Assembly: GCA_965205025.1 (NCBI GenBank)
Contig: CBDBFU010000031.1
Location: forward strand, 32,001 to 96,000
DNA: 64,000 nt
Direction: 5' to 3'
Source: Candidatus Poribacteria bacterium
GTDB lineage: Bacteria > Poribacteria > WGA-4E > WGA-3G
Within the stretch, counting starts at the first letter, position 1; each line of letters begins with the position of its first letter. The position numbers and the translations under genes were made by a program. Below, in pieces: positions 29,616-39,500 of this stretch. Under the pieces are notes generated by a model that was not told the DNA's origin, did no database searches, and saw only the letters and a program-made list of their open reading frames with translations.

Positions 29616-30632
29616 TTACCTTAACTTCATTCGCAATTTTGGACTGTCAACAACTTCTCTGTTTACTATCCACTGTGGCAATTTACCAGAAGCCACACTG
29701 ATGATACTCTGGCAAGCACTTTTTCCATTCCCCTCAAAACACTCATCAGTCCAACAGATACTGTGTGGTGTAACAATTACGTTATCTAAACTTAATAGTG
29801 GATCATCATCCTCAATTGGCTCAAATTCGAACACATCAAGACCTGCACCTTGAATACGGTTGTTTACGAGCACATCTGTAAGTGCTTTTTGGTCCACAAT
29901 AGGTCCACGGGCAGTGTTTATCAAATATGCCGTCGGTTTCATCATGCTTAAGTATTTCGCATTGATTAATCCTTGAGTATCCTCTGTTAGTGGACAACAG
30001 ACACAGACAAAATCTGCAGTGGACATCAATGTTTCCAAGCCAACCAATTCTGCATTTACCTCTTCTGCATCATTTGGATTAACAAACGGATCGTATGTTA
30101 TATGATTCATACCAAATGGTTTGGCAAGTTTGAATGTCTCTTTCCCAATATTCCCCATACCAACAAGACCAAGAGTTCTTCCCACTAAACCCATACCCAT
30201 ATAATCTTGTTTTTCTTCCCATCGACCAGAACGAGTTAGTCGATCTTTAATCAATAATTGATGGCTTAAAGAAAGTACGAATGTTATGATAGAAGTCGCA
30301 ACGGGTCTACGCACACCATCAGGAGCAATTGTAAGGAGAACACCATTTTCAGTACAAGCATCTACATCAACTTTGTCATAACCTACGCCAAATCTTGCAA
30401 TAATACTTAACTTATTTGCTCCAACAAATGTATGAGAGGTTATAGCCGTACCTAAAACAAGAAGGGCATCATAATCTTCAATCTGTTTCCCTTTTAAATC
30501 AGGTGTATTTTCATCGATATATTCCCAATCCAATCCCGCATTCTCAAATAGTGGTCTTGCAATGTCATCTAAATCAGAACTTCCATCTGGTTTCATGAAG
30601 TCACGAGTAATACCAACTTTAAAATCCTTCAT
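29616..30632 (-). CDS. D-isomer-specific 2-hydroxyacid dehydrogenase (SerA-like)
   Basis: ARFGVGYD, GLVGMGNIG, INTARG, LDVFEFEP, TPH. Confidence 0.92.
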   Translation of the reverse strand: MKDFKVGITRDFMKPDGSSDLDDIARPLFENAGLDWEYIDENTPDLKGKQIEDYDALLVLGTAITSHTFVGANKLSIIARFGVGYDKVDVDACTENGVLLTIAPDGVRRPVATSIITFVLSLSHQLLIKDRLTRSGRWEEKQDYMGMGLVGRTLGLVGMGNIGKETFKLAKPFGMNHITYDPFVNPNDAEEVNAELVGLETLMSTADFVCVCCPLTEDTQGLINAKYLSMMKPTAYLINTARGPIVDQKALTDVLVNNRIQGAGLDVFEFEPIEDDDPLLSLDNVIVTPHSICWTDECFEGNGKSACQSIISVASGKLPQWIVNREVVDSPKLRMKLR

Positions 30633-30674
30633 TTCTATTAACTACACCTTGTAATCCTATATCATAGTTCTTAC

Positions 30675-32393
30675 TTATTCAGACACAAATGATACCTTTC
30701 TGAGATATTTCCACCCCGATGGTGAAAGTTTTACATTTCTTACCTTATGATCAATAACTAATAACCGTTGGGCATGAACTAACGGTACCCATGGCACATC
30801 TCTATGGAAAATATTTTGAGCTTTTTTATACAACTCAATACGTTCACTTCTACTTGTACTTTTTCTTGCTTGATCTATTACATTCTGCATCTCTTCACTT
30901 CTATAAAAGGCTATATTTAATGCAGGTTTTTCAGCTGTATACTTACTTAGAAGATAGTAGAAGAAATTATCTGGATCTGCACTGGCAATCCAACCAAACA
31001 TTGCCAAATCATGATCTCCGTTTTTGATTTTATCGAGATAGGTTTGCCAGTCATGATTAATTATTGTTGTTTTAATACCTATATTACGTAAATCATATTG
31101 AATTTCTTCAGCAAAAGTCATTCCATCGGGAATATATGGACGAGGAACAGGAAGTGCCCAAAGAGTTGCTTCAAATCCATCTGGAAAGCCAGCTTCAGCA
31201 AGAAGTTGTTTAGCAAGATCTGGATCGTATGGGTAATCCATAATAGAATCATCATAGCTCCATAATGATGGTGGAATTGGGTTCTTCGCTGGTATACCTG
31301 TACCTCCGTATAGACGTCTAATAATATCAGTCTTATCAATTGCATGATTGATTGCAAGACGAACTTTTAAGTTATTAAAAGGGGGTTTTTCCATATTCAT
31401 TGCCAAATAACCTATATTCAGACTTGGTTTCATAATGAGATGAAGATTGGGATCTTCAAGTATAACCATTAGATCGGAAGGATTGGGAAATTCCATTACA
31501 TGAATATTTTCCTGTTTTAATTCTAAGAGTCGTTTTGAATTGTCAGGAATTGAACGGAATACCAATCTATCAATTTCAGGTTTCCCTGTCCAATGATTTA
31601 TATTGGAAGTGAGTATTATCCTATCACCTCTATTCCATTTAACTAATTTATATGGACCTGTTCCTACTGGATTATTTGAAAATTCATTACCAAATTTGTT
31701 TACTGCAGCCATACTGACAATTGAATTCTCTGTACCTGCTAAAAAACTAAGAAAAGGTGCATATGGAGATTTCAATTGAATCTGAACAGTATACTCATCT
31801 AATGCGACTATTTGGCTTATAAATTCATCAAAAAAACTACTTGTCTGAACATTTGAACGCAAAAGAGAAAAAACCACAACATCAGCGTTGAGTAAAGTAC
31901 CATCATGGAAGTAAACATCCTGTCTTAAGTTAAATGTCCATGTTAATCCATCTAAGGAGTTATTCCAAAATATTGCCAAAGCTGGTTCTAAATCTGTTGT
32001 ATTTCCCCTATACTGTACAAGTGTATCGAATATCATATCACAAACTTTAGCAGATTCCCCATCAAGAACTTGCGATGGATCAAGAGTGACAGAATCTCCA
32101 CCACGACCAAAAACTAAGATCTTCTCTTGTCTGGAGTCATCACTACTGAACATTGATACTACATATACAAGATCCAATATATTAACAATTCCATCATCAT
32201 TAACATCTGGATTGGCTTCCGTAATTTTGTCAAGACTATAACCTAAGTACTTTGCTATCAAAGTCATATCGAGAATGTTCACGACCCCATCTTTATTTAC
32301 ATCAGCATCTGCATTCACTCCTTGTACGTACACAGTTATAGTCAGTAGAATAGAAATAATGACTGAAATTAATTTAATATTTTGCCTTATCAT
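30675..32393 (-). CDS. DppA-like family 5 substrate-binding protein with N-terminal dockerin-like domain
   Basis: DVNKDGVVNILDM / DVNDDGIVNILDL duplicated Ca loops followed by SBP_bac_5 (PVGTGPY, VRLAINHAID). Confidence 0.88.
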   Translation of the reverse strand: MIRQNIKLISVIISILLTITVYVQGVNADADVNKDGVVNILDMTLIAKYLGYSLDKITEANPDVNDDGIVNILDLVYVVSMFSSDDSRQEKILVFGRGGDSVTLDPSQVLDGESAKVCDMIFDTLVQYRGNTTDLEPALAIFWNNSLDGLTWTFNLRQDVYFHDGTLLNADVVVFSLLRSNVQTSSFFDEFISQIVALDEYTVQIQLKSPYAPFLSFLAGTENSIVSMAAVNKFGNEFSNNPVGTGPYKLVKWNRGDRIILTSNINHWTGKPEIDRLVFRSIPDNSKRLLELKQENIHVMEFPNPSDLMVILEDPNLHLIMKPSLNIGYLAMNMEKPPFNNLKVRLAINHAIDKTDIIRRLYGGTGIPAKNPIPPSLWSYDDSIMDYPYDPDLAKQLLAEAGFPDGFEATLWALPVPRPYIPDGMTFAEEIQYDLRNIGIKTTIINHDWQTYLDKIKNGDHDLAMFGWIASADPDNFFYYLLSKYTAEKPALNIAFYRSEEMQNVIDQARKSTSRSERIELYKKAQNIFHRDVPWVPLVHAQRLLVIDHKVRNVKLSPSGWKYLRKVSFVSE

Positions 32394-32395
32394 TT

Positions 32396-34045
32396 TCACT
32401 TTCCTAAAGTTACATTTCTGAAGTATTTCCAATTCAATGGATGAAGTGTAAGATTCTTGACTTTCTTATTAATAACTAACACCTGTTGAGCATGTGCTAA
32501 TGGAACCCAAGGAATATCCTGATGAAAGACATTTTGAGCTTTCTTATATAGTGCTATACGTTCATCCCTATCTGATATGCTCCGAGCTTTTTCTAATATC
32601 TGTTGCATTTCATCACTCTTATAGAATGCAATGTTCCCTGCAGGTTTCTCTGCTGAAGATTTACTTAATAAGAAATAGAGAAAATTATCAGGATCACCAA
32701 AGTCTGCACTCCATCCTAACATTGCCATATCATGTTCCCCATATTTCGTTTTCTCAAGATATGTACCCCAGTCATAAGTGACAATATTAGTCTTAATTCC
32801 AATTTCCCGAAGTTCTGATTGGATAACTTCAGCAAGTGCTCTTCCATCAGGAATGTAGGGACGAGGGACAGGTAGTGCCCACAGTGTTGTTTCAAAACCC
32901 TTTGGGTATCCAGCCTGAGTCAAAAGTTCTTTGGCAAGTTTAGGATCATATTCGTAATCTTCGATTGAATCGTCATAACTCCATAATGTCGGAGGAATTG
33001 GATTCTTGGCAGGAATCCCTAAACCTTGATAAAGATGTTCAATAATAACACCTTTATTAATTGCATGATTGATTGCCAAACGCACTTTAAGATTATCGAA
33101 TGGAGGTTTTTCCATATTCAATGCTAAATATCCAACACTCATACCTGGTTGTGATAGTAAATCAAGGGATTCATCATCTCTTATCTGTTGTAGGTCATCA
33201 GGATTTGGGAATTCCATAGCATGTAAATTGCCCTGCTGGAGTTCAATAAGCCTTACTGAGTTATCTGGAATAGATAAGAAAATCACTCTATCTACATTTG
33301 GTCTACCTCCCCAATAATTCTCATTTGCCTTTAGAACTATTTTGTCTCCTCTATCCCATTGTTGGAAGATAAATGGTCCTGTGCCGACCGGATGATTTGA
33401 ATAGTTATCACCTTTCTCTTTTACTGCAGTAGGGCTGACAATTGAAAATGATGTAATAGCAATAGCATAAAGAAAAGGGGCATAGGGTGAATTCAATGTA
33501 ATTTTAACAGTATAATCATCTAATGCAGTAATTTCATCAACTATTTCAGCTAATCCTGTTGCTACCCAATAAGTATAAGATCCCTCAACGTTATGATAAG
33601 GATGATTTTCTTCGTGTTGTCTATTGAGACTAAAAAGTACTGCCTCAGAATTAAATGGTGTACCATCGTGGAATGTAACTCCTTTTCTTAATGAAAATGT
33701 CCACGACAGTCCATCCTCTGAACTCTCCCATTTTGTTGCCAATCCTGGTTCAATTTCAGTACTACCATCTTTGTAATGTATTAATGTATCGTAAATATTA
33801 TCACATACTTTGAAGGATTCACCGTCTTCCTCAAGGGCAGGATCTAAACCAACCGAGTCACCTCCTCTTCCAAAAAGAAAAGTACCACCTGACTGATGTG
33901 AATCAGCAATAGCAAAATTTGTAATGAAAGGAAAAGTTAATAAATAAAATAAAATTAAGGAAAATTGCATGCTATATTTAGTAAACTTAAACAAGTTTAT
34001 AGTTTTCGTAATCTTTTCTGCTGTATCAATGATTCTAATATACAT
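32396..34045 (-). CDS. dppA: Dipeptide ABC transporter substrate-binding protein (start uncertain)
   Basis: DSVGLDP, PVGTGPF, LWALPVPRPY, GWSADFGDPDNF. Confidence 0.88.
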   Translation of the reverse strand: MYIRIIDTAEKITKTINLFKFTKYSMQFSLILFYLLTFPFITNFAIADSHQSGGTFLFGRGGDSVGLDPALEEDGESFKVCDNIYDTLIHYKDGSTEIEPGLATKWESSEDGLSWTFSLRKGVTFHDGTPFNSEAVLFSLNRQHEENHPYHNVEGSYTYWVATGLAEIVDEITALDDYTVKITLNSPYAPFLYAIAITSFSIVSPTAVKEKGDNYSNHPVGTGPFIFQQWDRGDKIVLKANENYWGGRPNVDRVIFLSIPDNSVRLIELQQGNLHAMEFPNPDDLQQIRDDESLDLLSQPGMSVGYLALNMEKPPFDNLKVRLAINHAINKGVIIEHLYQGLGIPAKNPIPPTLWSYDDSIEDYEYDPKLAKELLTQAGYPKGFETTLWALPVPRPYIPDGRALAEVIQSELREIGIKTNIVTYDWGTYLEKTKYGEHDMAMLGWSADFGDPDNFLYFLLSKSSAEKPAGNIAFYKSDEMQQILEKARSISDRDERIALYKKAQNVFHQDIPWVPLAHAQQVLVINKKVKNLTLHPLNWKYFRNVTLGK

Positions 34046-34315
34046 ATTGCTCCTAAATATCTCAATAAAAATGAATAGTAATATTATATTTTAAAATTAG
34101 GTATGTCAAGTCAATTCTATAGATAATATATAATTAATTGTCCAGTTTTTTCGATTGATTTAATAGGTTTTATTCAATTCACATATAATTTTCTATATGA
34201 ACGAACTCCAATTCCCACCCAATATACGGAGAATACTCCTGCAGAAGAACTTACACATCTAATTTAGTCATATTTGACTATGGATTATTTTAATCAATTA
34301 GTTCCATTTCAAGTA

Positions 34316-34443
34316 ATACCATTTCTGGTAATTAAAGTCCCATTACAAAAATCTCTTTAATGTAGCACAAACTTCCAGTTTGTGTAGTATTTCAAGACAT
34401 ATATATCACCTAATTATGGGAGAATCATTTATAGAAATGGTAT
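34316..34443. mobile_element. 128-bp MITE-like element with 11-bp TIRs and 5-bp flanking direct repeat
   Basis: ATACCATTTCT (34316-34326) / AGAAATGGTAT (34433-34443); AAGTA on both flanks; internal GTAG hairpin; 3' 88 bp repeated at 4810. Confidence 0.7.
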
Positions 34444-34636
34444 AAGTAGAAATTCTATATGTTCATTTGATGTATCTATTAGAATTGGCAAGTATTAGAT
34501 TTGGACGTATCAGTTTAATAATTAACTTCGTTAATTTAATGCTGAGTTATATACAAGTTCAAGTTTCTAATCCAAAGTTTTAGTTTTATTTAACTTTGTC
34601 AATTTACAATTCAATAGAAAAATTACTATTTAAATT

Positions 34637-36541
34637 ATGTCATCTTTTGAACATCTTTCGGGAATAATCACAGATTCATCACAACCTATTGCCTCACGCC
34701 GAGCAGCAGTTATTGAACTTGCTGAAATGAGTAGTAGAATTGATGCCTTACCAATTCTATCACAAGCATTGTCAGATAATGCTGCAGGTGTCAGACGTGA
34801 AGCAGCAACAGCTTTGTTAAGGTTTAATAACGATGAAGTCACTGAAATACTTATAGATGTTCTTAGGATTGAAGAAAATGACCTAACACTTTGGACTATT
34901 ATCGAGGTATTGGGAATAAAAGGCACAGAAACTGCTTTACCACATTTAAAAGATCAATTAAACTCCTCAGTTTCTCCACTAACACGAAGAGAGTTAGAAA
35001 AGAGTATCCAATTAATAGAAAATAGAATACCTACATATAAGACACCAGATGAGCAAAATATAAAATATGACGACGATGAAGAAAGTGAAAAAAATGATTT
35101 TCTACAGCAGTCTAATAGTAAGGATGTAATTGAAGTATACGAATCTGATGATGAAGATGAGGATGTTGTTGAGTTAATTTCAGAACAACTCGATCCACCA
35201 CAAAAAAATATTCAGACAAACAATATTGATTCTGATAAAAAACAAATTGATGAAGAAGACACTTTATTCAATAATAATCAAGATAAAATTATTGATATTT
35301 CCATTAAAAATGATATACAGATAGAAGAACCACACTCCGAAGAATCAACTCAATCCGCAAAAACTGAGGATAGTGACGATACCTCCGACATTTTCATTGA
35401 ATCTGAGCAGAATACCGTAAATAAAGAAAAAAAATATAATAGGAATACTTACACACCGGCTCTTCCAGTCTTAGTACCAAATACTTCTGTAGTAATATAT
35501 GAACAGCAAGAGCATCTATATCAACCAAGTATATTTGATTTAGTTCTACGTCCAAATGAATATCTATCTAAACGATGGGTGTCACGCACACGACTCTATA
35601 TAGTTGTATTCTGTCTATTATTTGCATCAACAATCGCTTTAATCTATTCTCAGGTCCAACGACTACCTCATACCCCCTATTCATCACGAACAAAATTAGC
35701 ATTTGTTGCTGATCCAAACCCATATTTTGAAGATGGTGGACTATTTCTTCAACAAGAGGATTATCGTAGAGCAATTGATACTTATGAATTGATTCGATAT
35801 TCTGATAATTTAGACCAAAAGGTTTATCCAATACTATATAGAAATTTAGGTTACGCATATTTCCAAGAAAAACGTTACGGTGCAGCAGTTGAAGCATACA
35901 AAGATTATCTAAAGACAAGTAATACACAAACTCAAACTCCATTTACCACAGAATATGCTTATGCATCAACCAATAATTCCTCTATTCAAAATGGTACATC
36001 AAATTACATGACATATATTTTTCTTGGTAAAGCATATAAAAACATAGGGTTTATAGATGAAGCGCGGGTAACATTTGAAAAAGCAATTGCAATCGCACCT
36101 AATGAAGCAGAAGCGTATAGTAATTTAGCTCTTTTGTATTCAAATGAATATCAACAAAAATATCTACTTGCTGAGGCTTTAGGATATGCAGCAATTAATC
36201 TCAATCCAAATATTGCTGCATATCAAGATTCTTTAGGGAGTATACTTATTGAAAATGGACGAGTAAACAAAGCGATAGATTTATTAGAATATGCAGTAAG
36301 ATTGCATAGTGACTATTATCCTGCCCATTACCATTTGTCTATGATTGCAATGGAATCGAATGAACCTGACCAAACTCTAAATATTGTTATAAGGAATCTT
36401 CTAAGAAAATCAAGACCATTAAACCAAACACGTACTGCAATGTTAGGTTTATTAAGCTACATCTATGAGAATAAAGCAATAGAAATAAAAAGGCTTATTC
36501 CATCACTTTATAGTTTACGAGGAATTAATAAGTCAGAATGA
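34637..36541 (+). CDS. HEAT-repeat / acidic linker / TM / TPR protein
   Basis: N-terminal LSDNAAGVRREAATAL, D/E-rich linker, one TM, TPRs (YRNLGYAYF, AIAIAPNEAEAYSNLA). Confidence 0.8.
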   Translation: MSSFEHLSGIITDSSQPIASRRAAVIELAEMSSRIDALPILSQALSDNAAGVRREAATALLRFNNDEVTEILIDVLRIEENDLTLWTIIEVLGIKGTETALPHLKDQLNSSVSPLTRRELEKSIQLIENRIPTYKTPDEQNIKYDDDEESEKNDFLQQSNSKDVIEVYESDDEDEDVVELISEQLDPPQKNIQTNNIDSDKKQIDEEDTLFNNNQDKIIDISIKNDIQIEEPHSEESTQSAKTEDSDDTSDIFIESEQNTVNKEKKYNRNTYTPALPVLVPNTSVVIYEQQEHLYQPSIFDLVLRPNEYLSKRWVSRTRLYIVVFCLLFASTIALIYSQVQRLPHTPYSSRTKLAFVADPNPYFEDGGLFLQQEDYRRAIDTYELIRYSDNLDQKVYPILYRNLGYAYFQEKRYGAAVEAYKDYLKTSNTQTQTPFTTEYAYASTNNSSIQNGTSNYMTYIFLGKAYKNIGFIDEARVTFEKAIAIAPNEAEAYSNLALLYSNEYQQKYLLAEALGYAAINLNPNIAAYQDSLGSILIENGRVNKAIDLLEYAVRLHSDYYPAHYHLSMIAMESNEPDQTLNIVIRNLLRKSRPLNQTRTAMLGLLSYIYENKAIEIKRLIPSLYSLRGINKSE

Positions 36542-36585
36542 AACCTATATTATCAAACTAAACCTAAAATATCTATTGAAGAATA

Positions 36586-39500
36586 TCACCTTAAGACTGA
36601 CACAGTTCCTACCTTTCGTCCATGATTATATTCTATTACATAAAGATATACTCCATTACTAATATCATCTAACATCCATACTTTTTGACATCTATTGCCT
36701 TCTATATTACTTTCTTGAAAATGTAAGGTTTCAATTAGATTTCCAGATACATTAAAAATGTTAATCTTTGCACCAGAAGGTAATTTATCAAATGTAATTT
36801 GATTTCCATCTGCAGGATTTGGGTATGCTATCATACCAATGTCGGTGAATGAACCTACTTCTACAGGAAAGAATCTTGAAGATTCTATAATTCCCATTCC
36901 ATTCTTATCAGTTAGTTCAATAGTTTCAATCTTATAACTATTGCTTTCATCAATTTCCCCACTTAAAAAAGTCAATACAACCCGTGAATGGGATTGATCA
37001 AGTATTGCTGATATTGGTACATTCTTTAAAGTTAAATTTGGATGGATGTTTGTATCAAGAGAAGAATCAGTAACCAGATGCAATTTGTATCTTGCTGGAT
37101 TAGCAGCTGTAATATCCATAGGTCTATTAAATTTGATTATAAGTTGGTTGGGTGGAGAATATATAGCTGAAACTACTTCCACAGGGGAATTGGCTATACA
37201 TTCAATCATATCAGATAGCATGGACTGTTTTCCTGTACCACTCACAGATTTTATCGCATACCAATAGGATTGACCTGTCTTGAGTTTAGTATCTGTATAA
37301 CTCATTTCCTTCACATTCATACGAATGGATTTTAGATTATCTTTTGTATCACCTCTATATATAATGTGATATTTCGTATTTTCTGATGAATGCCAATCCA
37401 ATCTGATCGTGTTTTCATCCACAGGTCTGGCAATTATATTCCAGGGGGAGGCTATAAATTCCTTTTTGCCTAAAGTATCTATACTATGGTAACTATTCAT
37501 CATATCATCAGAATTAAAAATAAGCTCATTCAAGGAATCATTATCCAAATCCGCTACAATAGGATTAAATGTTTGAGTTGCTGGATGGTGCCAAATTGGA
37601 TGATAGGTCGATCCATTATACCTAATTAGATAAAAGTTTGGAGAAACTGCAATACTTAATTCATTTAATCCATCATTATTGACATCTGCTATGGTGATAC
37701 CACTATCAGTATCACGTAATTCACGAATCTGTTGTTTCCAAACTATATCGAAACTATCATTTCCATTAGAAGAATATATTGAAATAATCCAGTGTTGTCT
37801 CGGTAGATCAAATTGTGTTGTCCATACCTTTGAACCAATAACAAACTCTGGTATACTATCACCATCTAAATCACCAGATGCGAATAGTTGTGGAATACCT
37901 TCATTGATTTTACCATTCCATGATAGATCATATTGGTCATTACTTTCGTTTTCATAAATATATATATCCCCATCAACATCCCCAGCAACTATTTCAATTC
38001 TACCGTCCCCATCATGGTCACCAGATGAAAACCTTGTAGCAATTGTATTGACTCCAGCTGTTGGATTATCAAGTCTGGTAACCAATCTATAATTACTATT
38101 TTTGTTATTCTCGTAAACCCAGATACTATTAGAGGCATCATGACGAGAATAAATTTCTGGTATACCATCCATGTCCGCATCTACTATAATTCCACCCCAT
38201 ATTCCTTGTAAATGCCAGATCTTCTTGTTGGGAAATTCACCCATCTTAGATTGTTCGAGTAAAAATGTTGTATCCGAATCATTACATAGTATTTCAATCA
38301 AACCGTCATTATCAGTATCTGCAGTGGTCCAAATCCGTGATACAATGTGTTGAAGAGAAGCAGTCATTATGAAATTATCATTCCCCTTTTCGTATATTAA
38401 TGGGATAGATTGATTGTTAGTACCAGTTTTTACTCCAATTATCTCTAATTTTCCGTTACCATCTAAATCCTTTGGAGAAACAATTGCGTGCATCCCAATA
38501 TCTGCTGATGCAGACTGCAGTAGATTAAATGGTTCAATTTGTTGATTTGTAATTGTAAGAGGGAAGAGCCGTCCTGCATTATCATAAATACGTGATTTCC
38601 CATTTCGGTTCTCTGCCTTTAGTCTATAAAAATAATCACCAGATGGTAAACCTATCGTAGATAAATTCGCAATATGCTGTAAATTGACAGAATCTGAAAC
38701 GACTATTCGAAGAGAGGAATTCTCAATTTGGTCAGAGTTGATTCCTGTATTATATAATTCTAATATACCCGTTGATAAGACATCTGTTTTCCAAATTACA
38801 ATCGAATCCAAGTTATTATCATTTAACCAGATCCCAGCTTCATGCCGTGAAATCACAGGTGAGGAATGTCGTATTTCAATTACTCTCTTATCTCTAATCG
38901 TTCTATCAACACCTTTCACACTTAGTCTAAGAGTATAAATTCCTTCATCCAATAATGAAGTTTCCCATTTTTGAAGTAATGAACTATATATTTGCTTTGT
39001 CTGAGGAAACTCAATTGGATACCATAGATCAGGTATTTCAGAAACCCCATATTCTAACCAGTAGTGAATAAACCCTTTACCTATAGCTGTACCATTAATA
39101 CTAATTACTCCTTTTTCATCAGGCTTCGAAGTGAAAGATATTTGTGCATTCAGATGTAATTGATCTGTTAATGATCTATAGGCATTTACTACTCCCGCAC
39201 CAACTAAATTTGTGATAGATAGTTCTTGGGCAGAGAATTTAAGCCATTGTCGAATATGTAAATTGTCACATGAAGGATTAGCTGATATAAGGAGCGCAGC
39301 TACACCGGATACATGAGCAGTAGCCATTGATGTACCAGAACGGATACGATAACCTTCTTTGTTAGAGGTATTATTAGGAAGATTAAAATCTGTACTAATT
39401 ATATCTTCCCCAGGTGCAGCAATATCTACTGAAGAACCAAAATTTGAGTTGCCTAATTGTAAATTCTTATCTAATGAAGCTACAGAAATCACCTCATCTA

